A stretch of DNA of 64,000 nucleotides. Origin: Verrucomicrobiota bacterium (GTDB lineage: Bacteria; Verrucomicrobiota; Verrucomicrobiia; Limisphaerales; AAA164-E04). The translations under genes were made by a program, and so were the position numbers. Position 1 is the first letter of the stretch. Each line of letters opens with the position of its first letter. The notes beneath the pieces were generated by a model that saw nothing but the letters and a program-made list of their open reading frames with translations, made no database searches and was not told the DNA's origin. The stretch spans positions 2,208,001 through 2,272,000 of the forward strand of contig CP170459.1 in the NCBI GenBank assembly GCA_047947115.1. Reading direction: 5' to 3'. Below, in pieces: positions 41,213 through 50,930 of the stretch.

Positions 41213-43162
41213 ATGAAAATCAGTCGACGCAATGCTTTGAAGACCACCGCGGCAGGAGTCAGCGGCCTGTTGATCAGTAAGGATTTTTTAAAGGCGCAGG
41301 ATGCCGCCAAACCCTATGGGAACGACTTTCCCAATCTCGAATCTCTGACGACCGGCGAATGGTGGAAACGTCCCGGCAACTTGCAGACACCCTTGAAAAC
41401 AGGCCAAAAAGCTGCACCTCCCAATTTGAACGTCCCTCGGGACCAGGTGGTTTGCTTTGCGCTCTATGCCCACCAGGATGGTGTGCTCAAGATTACCGGG
41501 CAGTTGTTTCCATTGAAACCGGGCGAAGTGCGCGAAGCCCGTCTCGAGTTTAAGTTTCCCGGTCAGAACTGGAAGGAGGTTGCTCGGGCCGAGGTGCTGT
41601 ATCCGGGGTGGGATGTACATTTTCGGGTTGAGGATTGGGACGATACGCAGGATGTTCCCTATCGGTTGCTACACGGTGAAGAGGCGCAGTTTGAGGGGCT
41701 GATTCGAAAAGATCCGAAGGATAAGGATGAGATCGTCGTGGCCAACCTCTCTTGTAATTCCAGTCGAACAACCGGACCTCGCAGCGAAATTGTCGAAAAC
41801 CTCAGACACATTGATCCTGATTTGCTGTTCTTCGGTGGCGACCAGACCTATCGACACACGGAGCATACTGCGGGGTGGATCGAGTTTGGCTTGCAATACC
41901 GGGATATCATTCGGGATCGCCCGACCGTTTCCATTCCTGATGACCATGATGTCGGTCATCCGAATGTCTGGGGCGAGAACGGCATCGTTTCGACCATCGC
42001 CGGAAATGCCGACGGCGGATATAAATATCCCGTCAAATACGTCAATCTCGTGCAACGCCAACAGACCTGGAATCTTCCCGACCCGGTGGATCCCGACCCC
42101 ATCAAGCGGGACATCGGTGTTTATTTCACGAGGATCAGGGTAGGGGGTGTCGACATGGCTGTTTTGGAAGATCGGAAGTTCAAGAGTGGTCCGGCCGGAA
42201 AGATCCCCCAAATGGGGCCGCGCCCCGACCACATCAACGATCCGAATTATGATCCCAAAACCATTGATCTGCCTGGTTTGGAATTGCTCGGACAACGGCA
42301 GGAGAAATTTCTGGAACAGTGGTCCGAGGATTGGACCGGCGCGGAAATGAAAGGGGTTCTGTCTCAAACGGCGTTCTGTGGTGCCGTACACATGCATGGG
42401 AACCGCAACAATCGACTCCTCGCTGATCTTGATTGCAACGGGTGGCCTCAAACCCCCAGTCGCCGGGCGCTTGCCTTGATACGTCGTGCCTGGGCGGTGC
42501 ATTTATGTGGTGATCAGCATCTGGCTGTGGTGGTCAAGCACGGAATCAACGAGCACGGCGACGGTCCTTATGCCTTTACCGGTCCGGCATTGGTGAACAC
42601 GATTTACGGGCGCTGGTGGCATCCGGAAGATGAGAAGCCGGGGCCCAACCCGGTCCCCGACAGCCCGCTTCCCTGGACGGGCGATTTCAAGGACGGACTT
42701 GGGAACAAGATCTCAATGCTGGCCTATGCCAACGCCGAAGACATCAATGACGAACGCAAACGTGCGGACGGATTCGGAATCGCTCGTTTCAACAAGAAAT
42801 CGCGTGAAGTGACTTTTGAATGCTGGCCCCGGTTCTGTGATGTCCGGGATGGCGACAAGGCACAGTTTGCGGGGTGGCCGATCACTGTGAAACAGGAAGC
42901 CAACGACGATCGTAAAGTGGCAGGTTATCTTCCGGAATTCGTGTTTGCCGATGGAAAAGACCATGTCGTGCAGGTCATCAATGAGGCAAACGGTGAAGTG
43001 CTTTATACAACTCGCTCACACAATGGCCGCATCCAGCCGAAGGTGTACTCTGATGGTAAACATACAGTTAAATTCGGCAAGAATGTTCCGAATGCAAAAG
43101 TGCTGAAGGGTGTTCTTCCCAAGTCCAAAGCAAAGGCAGGTAGCCAGACGATAGAAGTGTGA
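41213..43162 (+). CDS. PhoD-like metallophosphatase, Tat-exported
   Basis: SRRNALK signal; SCN, GDQTY, DDHD, LEDR, GDQH. Confidence 0.8.
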   Translation: MKISRRNALKTTAAGVSGLLISKDFLKAQDAAKPYGNDFPNLESLTTGEWWKRPGNLQTPLKTGQKAAPPNLNVPRDQVVCFALYAHQDGVLKITGQLFPLKPGEVREARLEFKFPGQNWKEVARAEVLYPGWDVHFRVEDWDDTQDVPYRLLHGEEAQFEGLIRKDPKDKDEIVVANLSCNSSRTTGPRSEIVENLRHIDPDLLFFGGDQTYRHTEHTAGWIEFGLQYRDIIRDRPTVSIPDDHDVGHPNVWGENGIVSTIAGNADGGYKYPVKYVNLVQRQQTWNLPDPVDPDPIKRDIGVYFTRIRVGGVDMAVLEDRKFKSGPAGKIPQMGPRPDHINDPNYDPKTIDLPGLELLGQRQEKFLEQWSEDWTGAEMKGVLSQTAFCGAVHMHGNRNNRLLADLDCNGWPQTPSRRALALIRRAWAVHLCGDQHLAVVVKHGINEHGDGPYAFTGPALVNTIYGRWWHPEDEKPGPNPVPDSPLPWTGDFKDGLGNKISMLAYANAEDINDERKRADGFGIARFNKKSREVTFECWPRFCDVRDGDKAQFAGWPITVKQEANDDRKVAGYLPEFVFADGKDHVVQVINEANGEVLYTTRSHNGRIQPKVYSDGKHTVKFGKNVPNAKVLKGVLPKSKAKAGSQTIEV

Positions 43163-43170
43163 TTCCCAAT

Positions 43171-43350
43171 GTAGCCGCTTTCCCAAGAAAGTGGCCAGAT
43201 GCATGCGATGATGCCGAAATGATTGCTTGGGTGCCACGCTCTGGCGAGCGCGGCTACGTGGGGGGGGCACAAGCAGGTGGGGGTTGGGGAGTAATGGGCC
43301 GAGTTTTGGAGAAGCTTGGGTGCCACGCTCTGGCGAGCGCGGCTACGTGG
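43171..43350. repeat. Second GTAG REP family: one degenerate + copy and two identical - copies
   Basis: Identical 37-bp repeats at 43225-43261 and 43314-43350 (core on the minus strand GTAGCCGCGCTCGCCAGAGCGTGG). Degenerate GTAGCCGCTTTCCCAAGAAAGTGG at 43171. Confidence 0.85.
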
Positions 43351-43358
43351 ACGTCTTC

Positions 43359-45224
43359 TTAAGAATTTGGCTTCAGTGGGCATTCTACAAATCTGGTTTC
43401 ACCGGCCGGGATGATCAGTTCGAGCCAGCCGTTTTCTGTAGGGAACATTTTGGTTTCGGTCATCCATTCCATGGCGGATGAATGGGGGAACCTGGGTTTG
43501 ATTCGGATGTTGATTGCGGCTGCGGCATGAACCCTGGCGGGCTGGTCGCCGGTTTTGAAAACGCCGTCGTTGTTGACGAGTTCGATCACCCAGCCTTTAG
43601 AGTTGCGATTGATTTGATACTGTACGGTGTCGCCTGCGACTTCGAACGGAAGCAAATCGCGACTGATCCCGCTCAAGATTTCATCTGAAATGAGGGCAGG
43701 GCGTTGTGTGTCAGGATGTGTCCAAGGAGTAAGGACATCGACCTTGCCTGCTGCTTGCAGCTTGTTCATCCCTTCTTCACCGATTGTCTTTGCATGACGT
43801 GGATGCATGAGAATCCGGCTGCCTGCTTTGGCTGCCTTTTCCAACTCGAACAAAAAGAAATGCGAAAAGCGCATCTCGCCGGCGAGCAGGATGCAACCAT
43901 AACGGCTCATCGTCGCACCCGTGACCGTGTTCAACATGACATCCGCCATTTCTCCGAATGGAGTGGGGTTGAGATACTCATTCTCGGGATTGGATGCTTT
44001 GTCGGGATATTGAAATCGTTTGTTGGAGAAATACAACTGGCTTTCCAGCAAATCGAAGATTTCCCAATCACCTTCCGTTCGCTCCAGAACGCCCCAGGTT
44101 CGCTCGTGGAAGGGCGCGTAACCGGCCAGATGATCGAGTACGACGAGCAGGGGTGTGTAGGGATTGCCGCGGTCATGGTTTTGCATGAAGGTATGGATCC
44201 GTGCCGCCTCTTTGCCGTGTTCGGTCAGGGGCCAGGGACTTTTGGATGCTTCGAAAAAGCTGCTGATGCTGTTTTCCGGAGTCACCATCGCCGCTCCCGC
44301 GAACCAGCCATGCAACCACATGCGACGATACAGACTCAGCGAATGCCCGGCATCCTGACCTGAGGTGATGCTTCCTTCCTTCTTCAAGGGTCCCCGGGTG
44401 GTGACGCTCGGTCCAAACCAAGGACTCACTTGAACAGTCCATGGAATGTTCCATTGACGTGATGCGCCGCGCGCAAAGGCGAACTTGGATTGTGTGAAAC
44501 GAATGTTTTCACCGACCTCCAGTCCTATGGCCGAAGCTCCCCATTCAGCCGCGTATGCTTCGTAATGGGAGTGTCCGGTCACACTGATCACACGTCCGCT
44601 TTTGGCTTGTCGGTGCCAGTAGAAATACTCACGCAGTTGATCATAACATTCCTGGCGTGAAGCGGGCATGGGTGAAAAACCGCGTTGTTCCCTTGGAACC
44701 ATGAAAGCGTCCACCTGCTCCTCAAAATCATCTCCCAATACGGCCTTCCACCAACCTTCATTGGATGTCAGCTGATGAAAATGATATCCCCACTCGCCCA
44801 ATTGAATGGCTCCGAATTGGCCTGCTCGATCCAACACCCGCAAAGCCTCTTCGCCTGCCGGATCCAATACGCTGGTGCCGCCTTTTACCTGCATGCGACC
44901 GCCGTCCGGAGGGTAACAAACCACCGGCCAGCCAGCGTGTGCGATGGTTTCCAGCAGTTTGGCGGATTGCGCGCCCGCACCCGGGCCGGGGTCAAAGCCA
45001 TTGCCGAGATTGGATTCTTTCATGAAAGCGATCAGGCTTTCCAGTTCGTCGACATTTCCCGGAGAACCATAAAGCGAGAACACCACCGATGATTGCCCTG
45101 GGAGTAAGCGAGGCATCACCAGGGGATTGTCCTCTGACTGAACAGCAAACGTGAGAAACGATGCCAGCGATAGCATCAAGCCAGTTGTCGCAGTGGATAG
45201 ACCTATCTGGAAAAGGGATCGCAT
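43359..45224 (-). CDS. Secreted hypothetical protein, possibly glycoside-hydrolase-like
   Basis: 621-aa ORF with a signal peptide and aromatic/acidic motifs (QLGEWG, GLEVGEN). No family recognised with certainty. Confidence 0.65.
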   Translation of the reverse strand: MRSLFQIGLSTATTGLMLSLASFLTFAVQSEDNPLVMPRLLPGQSSVVFSLYGSPGNVDELESLIAFMKESNLGNGFDPGPGAGAQSAKLLETIAHAGWPVVCYPPDGGRMQVKGGTSVLDPAGEEALRVLDRAGQFGAIQLGEWGYHFHQLTSNEGWWKAVLGDDFEEQVDAFMVPREQRGFSPMPASRQECYDQLREYFYWHRQAKSGRVISVTGHSHYEAYAAEWGASAIGLEVGENIRFTQSKFAFARGASRQWNIPWTVQVSPWFGPSVTTRGPLKKEGSITSGQDAGHSLSLYRRMWLHGWFAGAAMVTPENSISSFFEASKSPWPLTEHGKEAARIHTFMQNHDRGNPYTPLLVVLDHLAGYAPFHERTWGVLERTEGDWEIFDLLESQLYFSNKRFQYPDKASNPENEYLNPTPFGEMADVMLNTVTGATMSRYGCILLAGEMRFSHFFLFELEKAAKAGSRILMHPRHAKTIGEEGMNKLQAAGKVDVLTPWTHPDTQRPALISDEILSGISRDLLPFEVAGDTVQYQINRNSKGWVIELVNNDGVFKTGDQPARVHAAAAINIRIKPRFPHSSAMEWMTETKMFPTENGWLELIIPAGETRFVECPLKPNS

Positions 45225-45326
45225 CGGTCACTTATGCAGAGCAAATCAAGGGACGTCAATCAAAGTGAACAAAAACGATTCATTATCCACTCGAAAGTAG
45301 AGGTTTGAAATGCCACACTTTCGCAC

Positions 45327-47552
45327 ATGCCCATATCCTTTTTGAAAACGAAAGATCTCATCCCGCAGTCTATTCTGCTCATTGGGTGTGCTGTCATGAT
45401 TTTCACGTTGCTGCAGCAGTCCTGTCTGGCGCAAGGGCAGGATCAACTGGTGAACGTTTTTCGCTCCGCCGATCTGCCTCCGGTGATGCGTTTTTTGGAT
45501 GGTACCCCTGTGGAAACGCAGGAGGATTGGCAGCGTCGCCGGGAAGAAATAGCCCGTCTGTGGTGTGAAACCTACATTGGTCATTTTCCGGAGGAAACGC
45601 CCGACCTTCTGGAAGTGCATGTGGCTTCGGAAACACAGCGTCGGGACGGTGTGATAGTACGTGATGTGCGGCTGGAGTTTGATACCGCCAACCAGACTGC
45701 TTGTCATCTTCGCATCTTATTGCCGCCCATTGGCACAAAGCGCTCTGATCAGGCTCTGCCGTTGTTGTTGACCCAGCCCAGGAACTACCAATTGGCCTGG
45801 GGAGAGGCGGCGGTGAAGCGTGGATATGTTGTCTGCTACTATCCTGGAGTGGATTACAATCATCGTGAACAGGATTTTCCCGGATTTGAAAACACCTGGA
45901 AGCAATTCAAAGATGCCTGTCCGAATGCCACTTGGTCTTCGTCACTTGCCATTCAATCATGGATCGCCGGAAGGGCTTTGGATTATTTGTTGAGTGATCG
46001 GTTTGATCGAGACATCCATCCCGAACAGGTGGGAATCATCGGTCATTCGCGTTATGGAAAACAGTCGCTGTATGCGGCTGCGTTCGATTCCAGAATCAAG
46101 GCGGTCGTTTCACGCAGCGCTGGTTCACCTGCTGCAGCGGGTTATCGTTTTACCGGGCGGGATACGTTCATGGAGACCGTCATGGATGCTCCGACAGAGT
46201 GGGCACTGCCGAGTTTGAAAACTTACTTTGGACGCGAGCACGAACTGCCCGTTGAAAGCAACGGATTGCTGGCTTTGATTGCGCCCCGTGCCTGCATGCT
46301 GCATACGGCATACAACGATGGCAGCGATCCAACATTTGCCGTCGAACGGACGTATCTTTCAGCCAAACGTGCCTATCAATTCCTGGGACATACAGACAAA
46401 CTGGCCTTGGTTTATCGCGAGGGAAATCACAACCCCATCACGGAAGAACACATCGCGGTGAATCTGGACTGGTTTGATTGGAATTTCGGGCGCGGCAACA
46501 TCGACCGGAGCCGTTTTTCAGAGAAGTTGCTGCACCGTTTCGACTGGAAAGCTTGGCGAAAGCAACAAAGCAACGATGCGATGACATCTCCTGACAGTGA
46601 ATCCTCTTTGTTCGATCGAGTACAGTGGATGTTGGGCGAGGCGCCCGCTTGGGCAAAGGAGTCCGGTTCTTCACATCCATTGACAATCCTCAAGGAAGAA
46701 GATTGCGGCGTGGCGTTGTGGTCACGTGATCGGTGGAAGCCCAAAGGCGTGGTTCGAATGCCTGTCAGTTTTGGAGCGAACGTTCATGGAAATCTTGCTT
46801 TTCCAAAACAGCACGACAAACCTCTGCCGGTGGTGATCTGGCTGCACCCATTCAATTATTCACACGGATCCAACGAAGGATATGGTGTTGAAGGAACCTC
46901 CATCTACTATCAGCTAGCCCAGGCCGGGTATGCGGTGTTGAGTTTTGATCAAATTGGATTTGGGGATCGTTTGCTTGAAGGAGCGTCTTTCTATGATGAG
47001 TATCCCCGGTGGTCGAAATTGGGAAGAATGGTTTTCGATGTCCGATGTGCGGTGGATTTTGTCCGTGGCGGGCATGGGATTGCTGAAGGAGCAATGCCGG
47101 ACATGAATTCGGATAACATCACTTTGCTGGGTTATTCACTCGGAGGGATGTTAGCCTTGCACGCCGCCGCACTGGACGAGAGACAGCTTCAAGTGGCCAC
47201 ATTTTGCGGGTGGACGCCCATGCGTTCGGACGATGACAGCCAATTGACCGGAGGTATTCGCAGGTGGTGGGAGTGGCATGGATTGTTGCCCAAACTCGGA
47301 TTGTTTCATGAAAGGGAAAAGGTAATTCCTTACGATTTTGTTGATCTGTTAAAATCCATTTCGGACAGGCCGTGTCTTGTGTATTCCGCAACGAATGATC
47401 GGCAGGTGACACCTTCGGATGTGGTTGCTGCTGTCAACGAAGCCAAGATGCGGGCAGGTGGAATCTTGCAGTTCCATCACGTTCAGGACGTGAATCGGTT
47501 TCAGTCGGATCAACACAAGATATTGCTCGAGTGGCTGGCCCGGATTCGATAG
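45327..47552 (+). CDS. Tandem esterase: CE15-like domain + dienelactone-hydrolase-like alpha/beta domain
   Basis: GHSRYGK and LALIAPR in the N-terminal half; GFGDR and GYSLGG in the C-terminal half. Confidence 0.82.
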   Translation: MPISFLKTKDLIPQSILLIGCAVMIFTLLQQSCLAQGQDQLVNVFRSADLPPVMRFLDGTPVETQEDWQRRREEIARLWCETYIGHFPEETPDLLEVHVASETQRRDGVIVRDVRLEFDTANQTACHLRILLPPIGTKRSDQALPLLLTQPRNYQLAWGEAAVKRGYVVCYYPGVDYNHREQDFPGFENTWKQFKDACPNATWSSSLAIQSWIAGRALDYLLSDRFDRDIHPEQVGIIGHSRYGKQSLYAAAFDSRIKAVVSRSAGSPAAAGYRFTGRDTFMETVMDAPTEWALPSLKTYFGREHELPVESNGLLALIAPRACMLHTAYNDGSDPTFAVERTYLSAKRAYQFLGHTDKLALVYREGNHNPITEEHIAVNLDWFDWNFGRGNIDRSRFSEKLLHRFDWKAWRKQQSNDAMTSPDSESSLFDRVQWMLGEAPAWAKESGSSHPLTILKEEDCGVALWSRDRWKPKGVVRMPVSFGANVHGNLAFPKQHDKPLPVVIWLHPFNYSHGSNEGYGVEGTSIYYQLAQAGYAVLSFDQIGFGDRLLEGASFYDEYPRWSKLGRMVFDVRCAVDFVRGGHGIAEGAMPDMNSDNITLLGYSLGGMLALHAAALDERQLQVATFCGWTPMRSDDDSQLTGGIRRWWEWHGLLPKLGLFHEREKVIPYDFVDLLKSISDRPCLVYSATNDRQVTPSDVVAAVNEAKMRAGGILQFHHVQDVNRFQSDQHKILLEWLARIR

Positions 47553-47594
47553 AGGCTGAATTTGACACCGTATTTCATACTGCCGTAAGTAGAG

Positions 47595-47895
47595 ACGATA
47601 CGTCTTACCCGTGGGGCGTCAGGTAGATCGGACCGTCTCGGTCCGCACCTTGTGACTTACCTGCTCAAGAATGCCATCCAAAGGAAACTCTGACTTGGAG
47701 GCATCGCGTATGCCATATGGGCAAGCTTCGAAAGTAGCTGGTTATTCAGAATCTCAGGCTTCCCAAAGATCAATAGTGCTGGAATTCGGATGCCACAAGG
47801 GTGACGCTTCGGGGGCGAAACGTCCTACCCGGCTGATTGCCAGGGAGTTTGGATCGCCGAGATCCGCTCGCGACTGTCCGCGATGTGGATGTGGG
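47595..47895. repeat. Degenerate copy of the 39.3 kb REPIN array
   Basis: GTAGATCGGACCGTCTCGGTCCG at 47623 and GACGCTTCGGGGGCGAAACGTCCTAC ending at 47828, with flanking partial ends. Confidence 0.7.
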
Positions 47896-47994
47896 ATAAG
47901 CGAAATTAAAGGATTTTTAAAACTTCATGTAACTACTCTCTGGGCACATTGCGGGGGGCTTGACGGGTGTGGGGTGTCGGTGCAGCATCGGGTC

Positions 47995-49593
47995 ATGCAT
48001 GTTCGACGTCTCTTTTGTTTGTTCGCCATTTTGGCGTTGTACTTATGTTGCTACTCGACCGTTGCTCAGGAACTCAATCCTCCCGACGGTTTCCATGCCA
48101 TTTTTAACGGCAAAGATCTGACGGGGTGGTATGGCTGGAACCCGCATCAATCGGTCAAGTTGAAGGGGGATGAGAAAGAAGCCAATCTCAAGCAACAACG
48201 GGAAGAGTTTCCCAGGCACTGGCGTGTGGAAAATGGTGAGCTTGTAAATGACGGTCATGGTCCTTACGCCACAACTGAAAAGGACTACGGGGACATTGAG
48301 TTGCATCTTGAATACAAAACCGTTCCCAAGGCGGACAGCGGGATATATCTTCGGGGTACTCCTCAAGTGCAGATTTGGGATAAGAATCAGGTATTTGACC
48401 CAAAACGTCCGACGCGTCGCCCGCATCTTGGATCGGGTGGATTGTTCAACAACACACCGAACACACTTGGTCGGGATCCTCTCATGCTCATGGACAAACC
48501 CTTTGGTGAGTGGAATCAGTTTCGCATTCGTCAGGTAGGGGATCGGACCTGGGTCTGGTTGAACAATCGCCCGGTGGTGGACGGGGTGGTGATGGAGAAT
48601 TATTGGGATCGATCAAAACCTTTGCCTGCTTTGGGACCGATCATGTTGCAGACCCATGGAGGAGAAATTCGATGGCGAAATATTTTCCTCCGTGAAATCG
48701 AAAAGGACGAGGCAGAGCGTATTTTGTCCGGACGCTTTATTCCGAACCCGACGTACTATGATGTCCCGTATGGTCCGCATTCAAAGCAAGTGATGCATGT
48801 GTGGAAAGCTGATTCGGCCAAACCCACTCCGGTGCTGATGTTTCTTCATGGTGGCAGTTGGATGGCCGGGGGGCGTTTGAATGGGCTCGAATCAAGGCTG
48901 CATGCTTATCTGGATGCGGGGATTTCCGTTGTCAGTGTGGAATACCGTTTTATTGCCGAAGCAACAGAGGATGGAGAAGTTCCGCCGGTAAAAGGTCCTT
49001 TGCACGACGCTGCCCGTGCGCTGCAGGTCATCCGCAGCAAGGCGGAGGAGTGGGGGATCGATAAAGAACGCATTGGCGCTTCCGGTGGTTCGGCGGGTGC
49101 TTGTTCAAGTTTGTGGTTGGCATTTCATCCGGACATGGCGGATCCCAATAGTGGTGATCCGGTCTCGCGTGAATCGACGCGACTGTGGTGTGCGGCGGTG
49201 ATTGGTGCGCAAACCACGTTGGATCCGAAACAAATGCGGGACTGGACCCCGAACAGTCGTTACGGCGGTCATGCATTTGGTTTCACTGCGAAGGACGGCA
49301 AATCGCAGTTTGATGTTTTCTATGATGAGCGGAAAAAAATCTTGCCGTGGATTGCCGAGTATTCGCCGTTTGCGTTGGTAACGTCTGATGATCCTCCGGT
49401 TTACATGATCTATTCGGCGAAGCCAGCTTTGGGACAAAACCAGAAAGATCCGACACATACTGCGAACTTTGGTGTCAAATTGCAGGAACGTTGTTTGGAG
49501 TTTGGAGTTGAATGTGAACTTGTCTATCCGGATGCGCCTGATGTTCAACACAAGGATACGATGACTTACATGATTGACCGTTTGAAAAGATAG
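47995..49593 (+). CDS. DUF1080 (3-keto-disaccharide hydrolase-like) + alpha/beta hydrolase fusion
   Basis: IFNGKDLTGW, DSGIYLRG, GEWN, LQTHG..IRWRNI; then HGGSW, EYR, GGSAGA. Confidence 0.88.
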   Translation: MHVRRLFCLFAILALYLCCYSTVAQELNPPDGFHAIFNGKDLTGWYGWNPHQSVKLKGDEKEANLKQQREEFPRHWRVENGELVNDGHGPYATTEKDYGDIELHLEYKTVPKADSGIYLRGTPQVQIWDKNQVFDPKRPTRRPHLGSGGLFNNTPNTLGRDPLMLMDKPFGEWNQFRIRQVGDRTWVWLNNRPVVDGVVMENYWDRSKPLPALGPIMLQTHGGEIRWRNIFLREIEKDEAERILSGRFIPNPTYYDVPYGPHSKQVMHVWKADSAKPTPVLMFLHGGSWMAGGRLNGLESRLHAYLDAGISVVSVEYRFIAEATEDGEVPPVKGPLHDAARALQVIRSKAEEWGIDKERIGASGGSAGACSSLWLAFHPDMADPNSGDPVSRESTRLWCAAVIGAQTTLDPKQMRDWTPNSRYGGHAFGFTAKDGKSQFDVFYDERKKILPWIAEYSPFALVTSDDPPVYMIYSAKPALGQNQKDPTHTANFGVKLQERCLEFGVECELVYPDAPDVQHKDTMTYMIDRLKR

Positions 49594-49608
49594 GGATTTC
49601 GAAACCCT

Positions 49609-49810
49609 CCAGGGACGGCACGTCCTACCTGCGGGAGCCTCAGGTAGATCGGATCGTCTCGATCCGATCGCGAGCGGTAGCGATGCGGATGAGGGGGGTT
49701 CGAAAACCAAAGGCTTCCCAAAACGGAAACGTCTGGGATATCGGAACCCACAAGGCGACGCGCCAGGGACGGCACGTCCTACCTGTGGGGGGACCCAGGT
49801 AGATTCGATC
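49609..49810. repeat. REPIN array copy (partial + full + partial unit)
   Basis: Full 139-bp unit 49644-49782, similar to 39528-39666. Next GTAG at 49799 gives a 155-bp period. Confidence 0.9.
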
Positions 49811-49859
49811 TTCAGGCTTTTGTGAATGATGTGATCAGAGGAAATGAATCAGCATAGAG

Positions 49860-50837
49860 ATGAAACGTAGACAATTTATCAAGAGAGTGGGCGCCACAGG
49901 CGCATCCGTGGCTTTAACCTCCTGGCCCGTTTGGGCTCAGAATAGCAAGGAACCCTTGCGTTTCGGTGTGATCACCGATGTGCATAAAGACATCATGCAT
50001 GATGCCAATGAGCGGCTGACCGCATTTATTCAAGCCATGAACGAGGCAAAGGTTGATTTCATTGTTCAGTTGGGTGACTTCTGTGTGCCCAAGGAAGCTA
50101 ATCAGTCCTTTCTCGATATTTGGAATGGCTTTCAGGGGCCACGATATCATGTTCTGGGTAACCACGACACGGACGGAGGCTTTTCACGTGGACAGACGGT
50201 CGCCTGGTGGAAGATGGCTTCACGGTATTACGCCTTCGAGCAATCAGGAATTAAATTCATCGTGCTGGATGGGAATGACAGGCCCGAAAACCATGCCGGT
50301 GGCTATCCACGTTTTATTGCAGAAGATCAACAGCAATGGTTGTCCGCAGAGTTGGAAAAAACGGATCTTCCGGTCATTGTTTTCGTGCATCAAAGTTTGG
50401 AACGCGAGGATAGGGGCGGCGTGCAAAATGGGGGCGAAATTCGGGGAATATTGGAAAAAGCCAATGCCCTCGCCGGGAAACGTCAGGTCATCGCCTGCTT
50501 TTCCGGACATCACCATCGGGATTATGTGCGCACCCTCAACGACATTGTTTATCCACAAATCAACAGCGCTTCTTATTTTTGGGTGGGTGGGGATTACCAG
50601 CACATTCGTTACAGTGAGCAAGTGGACAAAAAGCATCCCTACATCAAGTATACGGTGCCTTACAAAGAACCCCTTTTTGGAATCGTGACGATTGATCGCG
50701 TTAACGGCACCATGAGCATGCAGGGACGGCGCAGTTCATTTGTCGGGCCTTCTCCCTGGGATCTGGGGCAAGACCGTGCGTACTGGGATGCCGATACTTT
50801 GACGGCGGATGTGTCGGATTGGAGCTTGAAGGTCTGA
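49860..50837 (+). CDS. Calcineurin-like metallophosphoesterase, Tat-exported
   Basis: MKRRQFIK; TDVH, LGD, GNHD, GHHH. Confidence 0.9.
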   Translation: MKRRQFIKRVGATGASVALTSWPVWAQNSKEPLRFGVITDVHKDIMHDANERLTAFIQAMNEAKVDFIVQLGDFCVPKEANQSFLDIWNGFQGPRYHVLGNHDTDGGFSRGQTVAWWKMASRYYAFEQSGIKFIVLDGNDRPENHAGGYPRFIAEDQQQWLSAELEKTDLPVIVFVHQSLEREDRGGVQNGGEIRGILEKANALAGKRQVIACFSGHHHRDYVRTLNDIVYPQINSASYFWVGGDYQHIRYSEQVDKKHPYIKYTVPYKEPLFGIVTIDRVNGTMSMQGRRSSFVGPSPWDLGQDRAYWDADTLTADVSDWSLKV

Positions 50838-50857
50838 AGGGGGATTCGGGTATCTGG

Positions 50858-50897
50858 CAAAAAAGAACTCGGAACCCCCCCGTTGGGATTCCGAGTT
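50858..50897 (-). terminator. Terminator between convergent genes
   Basis: AAAAAAGAACTCGGAACCC...GGGATTCCGAGTT. Confidence 0.65.
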
Positions 50898-50930
50898 GAA
50901 TTTCATGGGCAAAATGATCGAAGGGTTTGC

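Noticed and set aside
43225..43350. Two identical 37-bp direct repeats with a 52-bp spacer, resembling a mini CRISPR array
   Set aside because: Only two copies, a long spacer and no cas genes. The core is a GTAG-hairpin REP with an inverted degenerate copy at 43171.
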